A DNA stretch of 64,000 nucleotides from Raja brachyura (taxonomy: Eukaryota). Both the position numbers and the translations under genes were made by a program. This document shows, piece after piece, positions 24,996-38,155 of the stretch; the first letter of the stretch is position 1; every line of letters begins with the position of its first letter. Under the pieces are notes generated by a model that ran no database searches, was not told where the DNA came from, and saw only the letters and a list, made by a program, of their open reading frames with translations. Location of the stretch: contig OY740783.1 in the NCBI GenBank assembly GCA_963514005.1, positions 128,960,001-129,024,000 on the forward strand. The letters run 5' to 3'.

Positions 24996-27970
24996 TAATA
25001 GACAAGAGACAATAGACAATAGGTGCAGGACTAGGCCATTCGGCCCTTCGAGCCAACACCGCCATTCAATGTGATCATGGCTCATTATCCACAATTAATA
25101 CCCCGTTCCTGCCTTCTCCCCATATCTCCACTATCTTTAAGAACCCTATCAAGCTCTCTTGAAAGTATCCGGAGAACCGGCCTCCACCCCCCTCTGATGT
25201 AGTGTACACGCAGAGAATTCCACAGACTCACAACTCTCTGTGTGACAAAGTTCTAAATGTCTTACCCCTTAATCTTAAACTGTGACCCCTGGTTCTGGAC
25301 TCCCCCAACATCAGGAACATGTTTCCTCCCTCTTCCGTGAGAAACGCTTAATGATATTATATGTTACAATAGAATCCCCTCTCATCCTTCTAAATTCCAG
25401 AGTACACAAGCCCAGCCACTCCATTCTCTCAGCATATGACAGTCCCGCCATCCCAGGAATTAAACTTGTGAACCGAAGCTGCACTTTTTCAATAGCAAGA
25501 ATGTTCTTCCTTAAATTTGGAGACCAAACCTGCACACAATACTTCAGGTGTGGTCTCACTATAGCCCTGTACAATTTCAGAAGGACCTCTTTGCTCCTAT
25601 ACTCAACTCCTCTTGTTATGAAGGCCAACATGCCATTAGCTTTCTTCACTGCCTGCTGTACCTGCATGCTTATTTTTATTGACTAATGAACAAGGACCCC
25701 AGATCTCATTGTACTTCCCCTTTACCCAACGTGACACCATTTAGATAATAATCTGCCTTCCTGTTTTTGCTACCAAAGTGGATAACCTCACATTTATCCA
25801 CATTAAACTGCATCTCCCATGCATCTGCCCACTCACCCAACATGTCCAAGTCACCCTGCATTCTCATAGCATCCTCCTCACAGTTCACACTACCACCCAG
25901 CTTGGTGTCATCTGCAAATTTGTTAATGTTACTTTGAATCCCTTCATCTAAATCATTGATGTATATTGTAATTCGCTGCGGTCCCAGACCATGCCTTGCG
26001 GTAAACCATTAGTCTTTGCCTGTCATTCTGAAAGGGACCCGTTAATCCATACTCTTTGTTTCCTGTCTGCCAACCAATTTTCTATCCATGTCAGCACTCC
26101 ATCACCAATACCATGTGCCCTAATTTTGCCCACTAGTCTCCTATGCAGGATGTAATCAAATGCTTTCTGAAAGTCCAGGTACACTACATCCACTGGCTCT
26201 CCCTTGTCCATTTTCCTAGTTACATCCTGAAAAATTCCAGAAGATTAGTCAAGCACGATTTCCCCTTCATAAATCATGTTGACTCAGACCGATCCTGTTA
26301 CTGCTATCCAAATGTGTGGCTATTTCATCTTTTACGATTGACTCCAGCATCTTCCCCACCACTGATGTCAGGCTAACTGGTCTATAAGTCCCTGTTTCCT
26401 CTCTCCCGCCTTTCTTAAAAAGTGGGATAACTATAGCTACCCTCCAATCCACAGGAACTGATCCTGAATGTATAGAACATTGGAAAATTATCACCAATGC
26501 ATCCACGATTTCTAGAGCCACTTCCTTAAGTACCCTGGGATGCAGACCATCGGGCCCTGGGGATTTATCAGCTTTCAGTCCCATCAGTCTACCTAACACC
26601 ATTTCCTGCCTAATGTGGATTTCCTTCAGTTCCTCAGTCACCCCAGATCCTCTGGCCACTAGGACATCAGAAAGAATGTCTGTGTCCTCCTTAGTGAAGA
26701 CGGATCCAAAGTACCTGTTCAACTCATCTGCCATTTCCTTGTTCCCCATAATAAATTCACCTTTTTCAGTCTTCAAGGGTCGAATTTTGGTAATAACTAT
26801 TTTTTTCCTCTTCACATCCCTAAAGAAGCTTTTTCTATCCACCTTTATATTCTTGGCTAGTTTACCTTCGAACCTCATCTTTTCTCCCCGTATTGCGTTT
26901 TTAGTTATCTTCTGTTGCTCTTTAAACATTTCCCAATCCTCTTGCTTCCCGCTCATCTTTGCCATGTTGTACTTCTTCTCTTTTATTTTTAATCTGACCT
27001 TGACTTCCCATGTCAGCCACGGTCACCCCTTACTCCCCTTGGAATCTTTCTTCCTCTTTGGAATGAACTGATCCTGCACCTTCTGTATTATTCCCAGAAA
27101 TACCTTCCATTGTTGTTCCACTGTCATCCCTGCTAGGGTATTTTTCCAGTCAACTTTGGCCAGCTCCTCCCTCATGGGGCCATATTCCCCTTTATTCAAC
27201 TGTAACACTGACACCTCCGATTTACCCTTCTCCCTCTCATATTGTAGATTCAAACTTGCCATATTATGGTCACTACTTCCAAATGGCTCCTTAGCCTCAA
27301 GTTCCCTTATCAAATCCGAATCATTACATAACACTAAATTCAGAATTGCCTTCTCCCTGGTAGGCTCCTGTACAAGCTGCTATAAGAATCCATCATGGAG
27401 GCATTCCACAAACTCCCTTTCTTGGGGTCCAGTACCAACAGTATTTTCCCAGTCTACCTGCATGTTGAAATCTCCCATAACAGCTGTAGCATTACCTTTA
27501 CGACATGCCAATTTTATCTCCTGATTCAACTTGCACCCAATATCCAGGCTACTGTTTGGGGGCCTTTACCCTTACAATTCCTTAGTTCTATCCATAACGA
27601 CTCCACATCTTCTGTTTCAATGATACCCCATGCAAGGGACTGAATTTCATTCTTCACCAACAGAGCTACCCCCTGCCCACTCTCTGGCTTTTCGATAGCC
27701 CTGACCCTCTTGCAGCCATGTTTCTGTAATTCCCACAACATCATACTTGCCAATTTCTAACTGAGCCTCAAGCTCGTCCACTTTATTTCTCATACTTCGC
27801 ACATTCATATACAACTCTTTGACTTCGGTATTCACCTCCCCTCACACACCTGACCAATTGGCCCTGACCTTACTCTCTTATCCCTTCTCGAACTTTCCTT
27901 CCCAATAATTCGGGAGTCTTTTGTAACTTTTCCTGTACTCACGTCCCCTTTAACTCCATCTTTATACTCC
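24996..27970 (-). mobile_element. CR1 LINE, near-complete ORF2 region with stops, frameshifts and deletions
   Basis: Endonuclease pieces (YMNVRS, GITETWL, SSDHN), RT pieces (KSPGPDGLHPRVLKE, YRPVSLTS, YLDFQKAFD) and a (ctattgt)n tail near 25000. Confidence 0.92.
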
Positions 27971-28344
27971 CAGTAAACCTCCACTGGACATGTCGGTGGA
28001 CATCTTAATGGGCAAGGATGAGAGGAGGCAGTTCTGATGTACAGGGTCTGAGAGAACTCCAGGTGTAGTACTGGGCAGAGGTCTCCCCGCAGGGTGGTGA
28101 AGGTGGGCTCAACATCCATGGACACGGTCATGATGAGCTTTGAAGGTCTCACACGGGTGGTGAAGGTCGGAGAAGGTCTCATTAAATCCCTACTTTCAGT
28201 TGTTGGCACCACAGTCTCCTCCCATCCCCTACCCTCCCCTACCCTTCCCTCCCCTCCCCACCCTCCTCACCTCCATTTAGTGACTTCAGAAGTCACCTCG
28301 CAGCAAATCCCCATCACAGTTTGTGTCCAGCGTTACGATGCATC

Positions 28345-28800
28345 ACTTACACACACACATATGCACATGCGCACGAAGACATACACATATGCATGAATGC
28401 ACACACACACATACACACAACATGCGCGCACACACACGCATATACACACAACATGCACACATACACTTGTGCACACTCACAAATAAACACGTGCTATCAC
28501 GCATGTACAAACACGTGTACACACACAGACACTCAACATGCCCACATACACACACACACATACCCACACATGCTCACACATGCACACACAGCCATACACA
28601 CACCCCCACACTTACACACCAATCACACACCCATGCCTGCACAATATAGGGTTGCAGATGCACACATACATTCACAGATATATGCACACAGAAATGAGAT
28701 GCCACACACAGTCACTAACATACACACAAACGACACATACACAGTGACACGTGCACTCTGCCGCATATACACACGCACACACACAGCCACACACATACTC
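28345..28800. repeat. Degenerate (CA)n-rich tract; inverted paralog (TG)n at about 36055-36760
   Basis: Low-complexity sequence; the overlapping His/Thr and Val/Cys ORFs are artefacts. Confidence 0.9.
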
Positions 28801-29699
28801 TGTAGGTGTAGCACCACATTCTGCACTGTTCATAATTTTCTCTTTTGCTCTTCCTGATATACTCAACTTCTCAACATTTCAACATAAGGCCAGCACAGTG
28901 GCGGCAGTAACAGTGCCGGAGACGCGGATCCATCCCGGTTTTCCTTGTGTGCTCCGGTTTGCTCCCACATTCCAAAGGCGTGCAAGTTTGTAGGTTAATT
29001 GGCATCTGTAAATTGCCCCTAATGCGTAGGATGCGAAACTGGGATCGCATAGAACTGGTGATCGCTGGTTGGCGGGGACTCAGTGGGCCAAAGGGCCTGT
29101 TTCCATGCTGTGTCTCTAAACTAAACTCAATCTAGAAGACGTTTGGACAGGTACATGGATACGAAAGGTTTAGAGGAATATGGGTCAAAGACAGGCAGGT
29201 AGCACTAGTGTAGAGGAGGCACCTTGGTCATCATGGGAAAGTTGGGACGAAGTGCCTGTTTCCACACTGTATGACTGTGATATGATTTCAACATAACAGG
29301 TGTCAGGGGTTATGGGGAGAAGGCAGGAGAATGGAGTTAGGAGGGAGAGATAGATCAGCCATGATTGAATGGCGGAGCAGACTTGATGGGCCGAATGGCC
29401 TAATTCTACTCCTATTCCTTATGACCTTAGCATGCAAAACAAAGATTTTCACTCCATCTCGGTAAATAATAATGCACCAATCAACCAATTAATATCCAAT
29501 TAAATCAAAGTAAGGGAGAAACTCAGTGGGTCAGGCGGCATCTGTGAAGAGAATGGACAGTCTGTCTAATCCCTCCACCGATGCTACCTGAATTGCTGGG
29601 TTCCTCCAGTACCTTGTTTTGCTTGGGATTGAAGTCTTTTGTCTTGGTTGGGATGTATTGGTTACTAGAAGGGCCAGTTACTAGTTTAGTTTTCTGTCA

Positions 29700-30220
29700 G
29701 GTGTATAGGGATTAATCACAGCACGATTTGGGAAAAGCTCCATCCAAGACCACAAGAAATAGCAGAGAGTTGTGGACATAATCCAGCCCATCGCACAAAA
29801 CAACCTCCCTTCCATTGATCCCGTGTACACTTTACGCAAGGCCAGCAGCATAATCAAGGGCGACTCTCACCCCAGTCACCCCCTCATCTCCCCTCTCCCA
29901 CCAGGCAAGAAATGCAGGAGTGTGAAAATGCACACCTTCAGATTTAGGGACCGTTTCTACCCAGCTGTTATCATGCAACTGAATGGTCCTCTTACCAGCT
30001 GGAGTGTGCTTCTGACCTCCCACCCATCTCATTGGAGACCCTTTGAACTATCTTGAATGGGAGTTTATCAGACTTCAATGTTATATGTTTGCACTAAAAG
30101 AGCATATTTGCATCCTTTATTCTTTATCTGTGTACTGTGGACAGCTTGATTGTATTCATGTGTAGCACTTTCTTTGACTGGACAGCATGCAAACAAAAGC
30201 TTTCCAGTGTACCTCGGTGC
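29700..30220 (+). mobile_element. Degenerate Rex1/L2-group LINE 3' fragment; another copy at about 39050-39720
   Basis: LPSID..KASSIIK..SHP.H..SPLP.GK, matching the C-terminus of ORF 47450-50578. Confidence 0.75.
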
Positions 30221-30607
30221 ATTTAGGACAAATCACAGAATCCCATTAACAGACAAACATGTGTCTTTCAAATGTGAGAGGAAACTGGATCACCGGGAGA
30301 AAACCCACGGGGTCACAGGGATAACGTGCAAACTCCAGACAGACAGCATCCGCAGTTAGGATCGAACCCGGTTCACTGGCGCTGTGAAGCAACAGCTCTA
30401 CAGCTATTATGTTGAAATGCTGAGAGGTTGAGTATGCGAGCTGGCGCAAAGAAAGAACATTATCAGAGTGCAGTAGAATGTGCTGCAGCGTCAGAGAAAG
30501 TGCAGGTGAAAACAATTTGCAAAGGCTGCAACAAGGTGGATTGGGAGATCGAGCCCGTGTCTCCACCACTGCTCCACCGTTATTGGTACAATTAGAGCCT
30601 TCCTCAC

Positions 30608-30988
30608 CTCTCACAGTCAGGCGAATGACCTTTGGTAATAGAGGAGGTCCACCGACGTCTTTCACATTGCAGATAAATGGACCATTATCCTTCTGTCCCA
30701 GTCGCTCCACCACTATCGAGGCATCCCCCCGACTGAGGTTCCCGATGAACCTAAACCGACCTCCTCCTGCCTCATGCCCCACTCCATCACACAAGGAGTG
30801 GAAGGCAGCAGTGAACCGACACGTAATAATGGCATTGTAACCCTGCAGGTCACCTTTGAACCAGCTCAGCTCGGGTTTGATGGTGCGATCAGTGGCCAGG
30901 GGGGTGAACGTGCATGGCAACACGGCCGATCCTCCTTCCATGGCAGACACTTCATCGGCAGGTGGAAAATGCCAAGTGTGGGTGGCTG
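30608..30988 (-). CDS. Receptor gene B, first Ig V-set exon (V1), strongly Siglec-15-like
   Basis: Acceptor ccctttctattccag| and donor G|gtgagg; 381 nt, phase 1-1. Motifs EVSAMEGGSAVLPCTFT..SWFKG..TCRFTAAFHSLC..RFRFIGNLSRGDASIVVERL..FICNV..IRLTV, including the extra Cys pair typical of the Siglec-15 V domain. Confidence 0.88.
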
Positions 30989-31355
30989 CTGGAATAGAAA
31001 GGGTCGGTAATCAATGTTGCGTCGGTAATATCGTGGATAACATTTAGTGCAAGATAAAAGTCCAGTAAAGTTTGATCATAGACTGTCCAAAAGTCTCCAA
31101 TGAGGTAGATAGTGGTTCAGGACCGCTCTCCAGTTCCAGTAGGATGGTTCAGTTGCCTGATAACAGTCGGGAAGAAACTGTCCCTACACCTGGAGGTGTG
31201 CGTTTTCACACTTCTTACCCTTTTGAGCCTGAGTCTGTGGTGTTATGTGTCAGCAACTGTACCGCTGCGCCACTGTGACAGCCAAAGGGAAAAATACAGA
31301 GGACATTTCAGGTCAGGCCGTTCTAAATGATGTCCGTCCTGTTCCCTTCTCAAAT

Positions 31356-32384
31356 TAGCAATGTTACAAAATTTTGAGATTTAAAAAATCAAGTCTGCAA
31401 TTTATCCCATCAGATAAAGCATAAAAGTAAGTTTAATTTGACACCGAATTCACTTTCATATCTTCAGTATTAAGAAAGTTATGGCCATTTTCATACTCGG
31501 AAATTAGCATCTTGTTCCCCATTGCCTTTCAATTGACTTAACTCAAAAGCTGTGATCTGGATCAGTTAAAAGTCCATAACTTTCTTAAAAATTAATAGAA
31601 CTCAATGAAATTTTCAGTTATTATAGATTGAAGCATTCTGAAATAAATATGAAACAATCTTACTTGGATGACCTGAAATTAAAGCATATAATTAGTTAGT
31701 TATCCAATTGTAGCTAATTACAAAATTTAATGAGTAAATCTAAACATCTATCCATTTCTTAAGAAAAGATAAACTTTTTTTAAATTGCCTAAGTGTCCAA
31801 ATAACATTCACACAATAATCCACAATATAACATAATTTTTTTAATCTAATATACATGAATTTCTGATGGAAGGAATTTAGTGTTTGATTCCTGTAAATTA
31901 ATGGGCATTTAAATCAACTAGCGAGTGGGTTTTAGTGGAATGCGGTGGATTGGAACGTTGCAGTTAGCGGTGAAGTCGGGAGGAAAAATACTGTTTGTTC
32001 ATACATTTTTTTGGACCCCATTTTGCAACACGGAAATGTTATTAAAGCCTCCCAAAAAACCAACTTTTAATATAAAAATAAACTATTTACCTTTTTTTCT
32101 CCCCTACGCAAAATCCTTCCGGTTGTCGGTTCTCACGTCTTTCGAAGGTGATTTTTAAATTACTCTAGTTAATAAATAATTTAGAGTAATTTAAAAATAC
32201 CTTAATTCATGAAATGTCGGAGCGATTTTTCTTCCGCAACGAAATCGCCCGACATTGATCGATTTTTCCTGCCTGTGGAAAAATGTCACTTTAAGCCCGC
32301 CCCCCTCTGAAAGGCGCCAAAGTCGCGCACACGGGGAGCGGCAGAACTGCAGCGCTGCTCAAGGTAAGTTTTGTAACATACCTA
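31356..32384 (+). mobile_element. AT-rich non-autonomous DNA transposon, about 1.03 kb, superfamily unassigned
   Basis: Imperfect terminal inverted repeats tagcaatgttacaaaa / ttttgtaacataccta; second copy at 14052-14835. Confidence 0.7.
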
Positions 32385-33082
32385 GTCAAATGCTGCCTGA
32401 CCCGTTCACTCCCTCCAACACTTTGTCATATTTTTCCCCACACAAGAATCATTTTGAAGCCACTGTGATTCACAGGAGGTCATTAAACAAATACATTTTG
32501 GAATCAACATTTCAAATTGTGGATTTTCAGGTGGAAAGAAATTGTGTGGGGGGCGGGGGGGGGGGGGAGTAAAGGCCTGGAGGACATTGATCTGAGGTTT
32601 GAAATAACCCTTTAGGAGGAAATGAGAATATTAAAAGGATGTTCCTTCAGAAAGGAGATGAGGAGGAATTTCTTTAGTCGCAGGGTGGTGAATCTGTGCA
32701 AGTCATTGCCACAGACGGCTGTGGAGGCCGCCCATTGATGTTTTTAAGGTGGAGATTGACAGTTTCTTGATTCGTAAGAGTGTCACGGGTTATGGGGAGA
32801 AGGCAGGAGAATGGTGTTGAGACAGCCATGATTGAATGGCGGAGTAGACTTGATAAGTAGGTTGGATAGCATATAAACAAAAGTTTTTCACTGTACCTTG
32901 GTACCAGGTACGGGGTACTGATTGTGGATGATCAGCCATGATCATATTGAATGGTAGTGCTAGCTCGAGGGGCCAAATGGCCTGCCCCTGCATCAATTTT
33001 CTATCTTTCTATCATTCTACTCAGCTGGAAGACCTCAGCAGACCAAGTCGTAACCGTGGAGAGAAAGGAACGACAGGCACAA

Positions 33083-33470
33083 AATGCTGGAGTAACTCAG
33101 CGGGTCAGGCAGCATCTGTGGAGAACATGGATAGGTGACGTTTCACAGAGTGCTGGAGTAACTCAGCGGGTCAGGCAGCATTTGTGGAGAACACAGATAG
33201 GTGACGTTTCACAGAGTGCTGGAGTAACTCAGCGGGTCAGGCAGCATCTGTGGAGAACATGGATAGGTGACGTTTCACAGAGTGCTGGAGTAACTCAGCG
33301 GGTCAGGCAGCATCTGTGGTGAACACAGATAGGTGAAGTTTCACAGAGTGCTGGAGTAACTCAGTGAGTCAGGCAGCATCTCTGGAGAACATGGATAGGT
33401 GATGTTTCACAGAGTGCTGGAGTAACTCAGCGGGCCAGGCAGCATCTGTGGAGAAAAGGAACAGGTGACA
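33083..33470. repeat. 66-bp tandem repeat, about 6 units
   Basis: Unit cagagtgctggagtaactcagcgggtcaggcagcatctgtggagaacatggataggtgacgtttca. Confidence 0.92.
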
Positions 33471-35319
33471 TTTCTGGCCGCGACACTTTTTCATGCTGAA
33501 AGATAGAGGAGGCCAGATCAAACCAGGGCCAGCAACAGAGGACCTCAAGGAAGGGTGGAGACCATAATGGCCTCCATTAATTGTCTGGGAATGGTCGAGA
33601 TTTCTGGTGGTGACGATCCCATTCCCCTCCTTCTTTTCCTGTAGCCTGTTATTTACTCATGGTGATCAGTAAGAACGGTCTCGACCCGAAACGTCACCCA
33701 TTCCTTCTCTCCAGAGACGCTGCCTGTCCCGCTGAGTTACTCCAGCTTTTTGTGTCTATCTGAACCCTCTCTAAGATATCAGTCCATCACTCATTCCTGA
33801 GCATGCTACTATCTAAGCTGCCACATGGTGGCGCAAGTGGTACAGTTGCCTGGGACCTCGTGTGCAATGACACAGTCATAGATTTATACAGCGTGGAAAC
33901 AGGCCCTTCGGCCCAACTCGTCCATGCTGACCTCGCTCGTCCCATTTGCATTTGCCTGACCCATAACCCTCTCAACCTTTCCAACCCACGAACCTGTACA
34001 AATGTCTTATAAACATTATAATTGTACCTGCCTCCGACGCTTCTTCTGGGAGCTCTTTCCACACACACACACCACCCTCTGTATGAAATACTTGCCCCTC
34101 AGCTCCCTTTTACGTGTGTAGATTTAGCTTGAAGAAACAGCGATTAAACAGGCCCTTCAGCCCGCTGAGTCTGTGCTGACCATCCATCAACACTTTAACT
34201 CTAGTTTAATTTAGTTTAGAGATACAATGTGGAAACAGGCTCTTCGGCCCACCGAGTCCGCGCGGACCAGCGATCCCTGTACACTCGCTCTATCCTACAC
34301 ATCAGGGACAATTCACGGCAGCTAATTAATCTACAAACCTGCACGTCTTTGGGCTGTGGGAGGGAACTGGAACACCTGGAGGAAGCCCACAGGGTCACGG
34401 GGAGAACGTGCAAACTCCACACAGACAACCGTGGTCGAGATCGAAGCTGGGAATCTGGTGATGTCAGGCAGCAACGTTACCGCTGCGCCACTCTGCCACC
34501 CTAGTTCTACGTTATCCCACTCTCTATACACTAGGGGCAATTTGCAGAGGGCCAATCAGCCTACAAACCCACACATCTTGGAATGTGGGAGGAAACCGGA
34601 GTACCAGGAGAAAACCCACACGGTCACAGGGTGAACGTGCAAACTCCACACAGACAGCGCCCGAGGTCAGGATCTCTGGTGCTGTGAGTCAGCAGAAACC
34701 TGGCATCACATTCGGCGCAGACACAGCGGACTGAAGGACCTGATCCTGTGTTGTGCTGTTCTATGTTCCATTTTTCCAGTACATTAATGACTACACCGGT
34801 AATGCTTCCTGCTCTTGTGCTGAAACTTAACGGTTTGTCATTTCTGCAGCAAATTTCCACATTGTTTGCATTAGAACAAGGGAAAGAGGAACAGGGGTAA
34901 GCCATTTGGCCGCTCGAGCCTTGTCTGCTTACACTGTGGCCGTGGCTGGTCTTTTGTCTTCACACCATCCCCTGCTCCACGCCTTCATCCCCCAACATCA
35001 AGAAATCTATCAGATTTTCTATTTTGAAGTCACAAAGAACGTGCTTATCGACACCCCTACTTCCTCACTAGTTTGAGGAGTCTCGGCATGTCGCCGAACA
35101 CGCTACTCAACTTGTACAAGTATACGGTGGAGAGCGTAAAGACTGGTTGCGTCACAGCCTGGTTCAATAACTCGAACACGCAGGAAAGAAGGAGGCTGCA
35201 AAGAAGATGCGGGGGGAAGGGGGGGTCTTGTCTCCCACACCCTCAAGGTCGACTGTGGGAAGCGCCCACTGGGCACGAAGGCCGAAGGTGGCCAGGAGAG
35301 GAGAGGGATGAAAGTCATA

Positions 35320-38155
35320 AGGTCATAAGGAATAGGAGCAGAATTAGGCCATTCAGCCCATCAAATCGATTCCACCATTCAATCATACCTGATCTATCTC
35401 TCCCTTCTAACCCCATTCTCCTGCCTTCTCCCCATAACCTCTGATGCCCGTTATGTTGGAATTATTTCATAGTCATACTGTGTGGAAACAGGCACTTCGG
35501 CCCAACTTTCACAAGATGACCAAGATGCCTCCTCTACACTAGTGCTACCTGCCCGTCTTTGGCCCATATTCCTTTAAATCTTTCATATCCGTGTACCTGT
35601 CCAAATGTCTTCTAGATTTAGGGTTACACAAAAAGCTGGAGAAACTCAGTGGGTGCAGCAGCATCTAAGGAGTGAAGGAGATAGGCGACGTTTCGGGTCG
35701 AGACCCTTCTTCAGACTGTCTTCTAGATTTAGTTCAGTTTAGAGACACAGCATGGAAACAGGCCCTTTGGCCCACTGAGTCCCCGCCAGCCAGCGATCAC
35801 CAGTTCTATGTGATCCCATTTTTGCATCCTACGCATTAGGGGCAATTTACAGAAGCCAATTAACCTACAAACTTGCACGTCTTTGGAGTGTGGGAGGAAA
35901 CCAGAGCACACAAGGAAAATCTGGCATTGTTTCTGCCACCACCGTGCCGGCCTTATGTGAAATGTTGAGAAGTTGTGTATATCAGGAAGTGCAGAAGAGA
36001 AAATGATCACAGTGCAGAATATGGCACTACACCTACAGAGAAAGTGCAGGTAAGAAAGTGTGTATTTGTGTGTATGTAAATGTGTAAAATGTGTGTCTGG
36101 TGCTGCATTTGTGCCTGCATATGTGTCTGTGCGAGTGCATGTGTGTGTGAGTATGTGCGTGCCTATCTCCATGCATGTGTGATGTGTATGGGTGTGTGCA
36201 TGTGGGTTGTATATCTATATGTGTATGATTCTGTAGGGTGCGTGCATGCACGTATGCGTCAATGTCCCTTGGTTTGCGTGTGTCATTGGATCATTGTGTA
36301 TGTTTTTGTATAAATGTGTGAGTGCGTGTATGTGTGTCCATTTGTATGATCTTGTGCGTGCGTATGACTTTATGTATGTGAGTGTGTGTCACTTGCTGGT
36401 GTATGTTTGTGTGTCTGTCTATATTTCTGTATGTGTGCACATCTCATTTGTGTGCGTGTGTATATGCGGCAGTGTCACTGTGTATGCGTCTACTTTGTGC
36501 GTATGTCAGTGACTGTGTGTGTCTCTAATTTCTGTGTGCATATATCTGTGACTGTATGTGTGCATTTGCATCCCTATATTGTGCCGGCATGGGTGTGTGT
36601 GTGGTGTGTGTGTGTGGGTCTGTGTGTGTGTGTGGGTCTGTGTATATGTGTGCGTATATGTGGGTGTGTGCATGTGTGTGTGTGTGTGTGGGTGCACGTG
36701 TTTGTACATGTGCGTTGGCACATGCGAGTGTGTGCATGTGTATGTGTGCATGTTGTGTGTATATCAGATATTCAGATATTCAAACTTTATTGTCATTGTG
36801 CAGTGTACAAGTACAGAGACAATGAAATGCAGTTGGCATCTCACCCAGAAGTGCGAACACAGAATAATGGAACAGTAATATATATATATATGTATATACA
36901 GCAGCAGTAGTGCAATCATGCCATACGCATGCACCAAAGACAAAAAAATCCATATTGGCTACGGTGGAGATGCTGCCTTACAGTGCCAGAGGCCCGGATT
37001 TGATAGCAGTATGCGTGTATGTGTGTGTGCATGTTGTATGTATGTGTGTGTGTGTGTCTAGTGGAGGTTTACGAGAATGATCGCAGGAATGAGTGGGTTA
37101 ACATATGATGAGCGTTTGACGGCACTGGGCCTGTACTGGCTGGAGTGTAGAAGGATGAGAGGGGACTTCATAGAAACTTACTGAATAGTGAAAGGCCTGG
37201 ATAGAGAGCATGTGGAGAGGATGTTTCCCCTAGTGGAAGAGTCAAGAACAAGAGGCCACAGCATCAGCATAAAAGGAGATGAGGAGGAATTTCTTTAGTC
37301 AGAGGGTGGAATTCATATAGAAACATAGAAACATAGAAAATAGATGCAGGAGGAGGACATTCGGCACTTCGAGCCAGCAACGCCTTTCATTGTGATGATG
37401 GCTGATCGTCCCCTATCAATAACCCGTGCCTGCCTTCTCCCCATATCCATTGACTCCACTAGCCCCAAGAGCTCTATCTATAGAAACATAGCAAATAGGT
37501 GCAGGAGGAGGCCAAGGGTGCGGGTCGAAGGGTGTGGAGGCCCTCAATGGATATTTTTGAGGCAGAGATTTGCCAGATTCTTGATTAGTACGGGTGTCAG
37601 GGGTTGCGGGGAGAAAGCAGGGGAATGGGGTTGAGAGGGTAAGGTGGAACAGCCATGTTTGAGTGATAGAGTAGACTTGGTGGGCCGAATGGCCTAATTC
37701 AGCTCATATCACTTATGAACTTATGACACGTCTAAAGGTCATGAGTCCAGCATGAGTCCAGCATGAGTCCAGATTCCAGTTCTTATTTCCAGCTTACATT
37801 ATCTCCAGCTCCCTCATCCTGCTTCTCTTGACCGGTGTCTGTTCTTCCCTCAGCTCCCAGCGGGCATGCCTCAGTGGCGACTGGGACTGAAGGGGCTTCG
37901 GCCATGTTACCGTGTGTGTTCCCAACGCCTCAGCCCGATACCGTCCCACTCACGGTCACGTGGATGAGGAAGGATCCCTACCGACACATCGTCACGTTCA
38001 GACCCCAAGCTGACGGATCCAGGGCGGCGGAGAACGGAGCAACTCGGTTCGAGCTGGTCGGCGACCCAGAGCATGGAAACACCTCAACCAGGATAAAGCA
38101 GCTGAGTGTGGGGGACAGTCACGGCTACCTGTGACTGGTGGAGATCGTGATCTCA
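35320..38155 (+). repeat. Inverted segmental duplication of the gene B V1-V2 intron and V2 exon (about 23440-29430)
   Basis: Collinear reverse-complement matches: 35320-36760 to 28480-29430; 37058-37270 to 24130-24267, 24919-24995 and 27972-27985; 37580-38155 to 23440-24030. Confidence 0.85.
37854..38155 (+). pseudogene. Pseudo-exon copy of receptor V2
   Basis: Acceptor intact, but the second Ig Cys codon is TGA (38132-38134) and the G strand and donor are missing. Confidence 0.85.

Noticed and set aside
24348-24998. 216-aa ORF as a transposase
   Set aside because: No transposase motifs; GC-rich MITE interior running into CR1 sequence.
28321-28866. His/Thr-rich and Cys/Val-rich ORFs (also 36080-36910)
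   Set aside because: Translations of degenerate CA/TG repeats.
2329-30988. Rearranging Ig/TCR/NAR V segments
   Set aside because: Each intact V exon already includes its G strand and ends in a splice donor. No RSS, J or C1 exons were seen.
30608-30988. Assigning the symbol SIGLEC15
   Set aside because: No C2-set exon, no essential Arg, and multiple paralogs; orthology is not supported.
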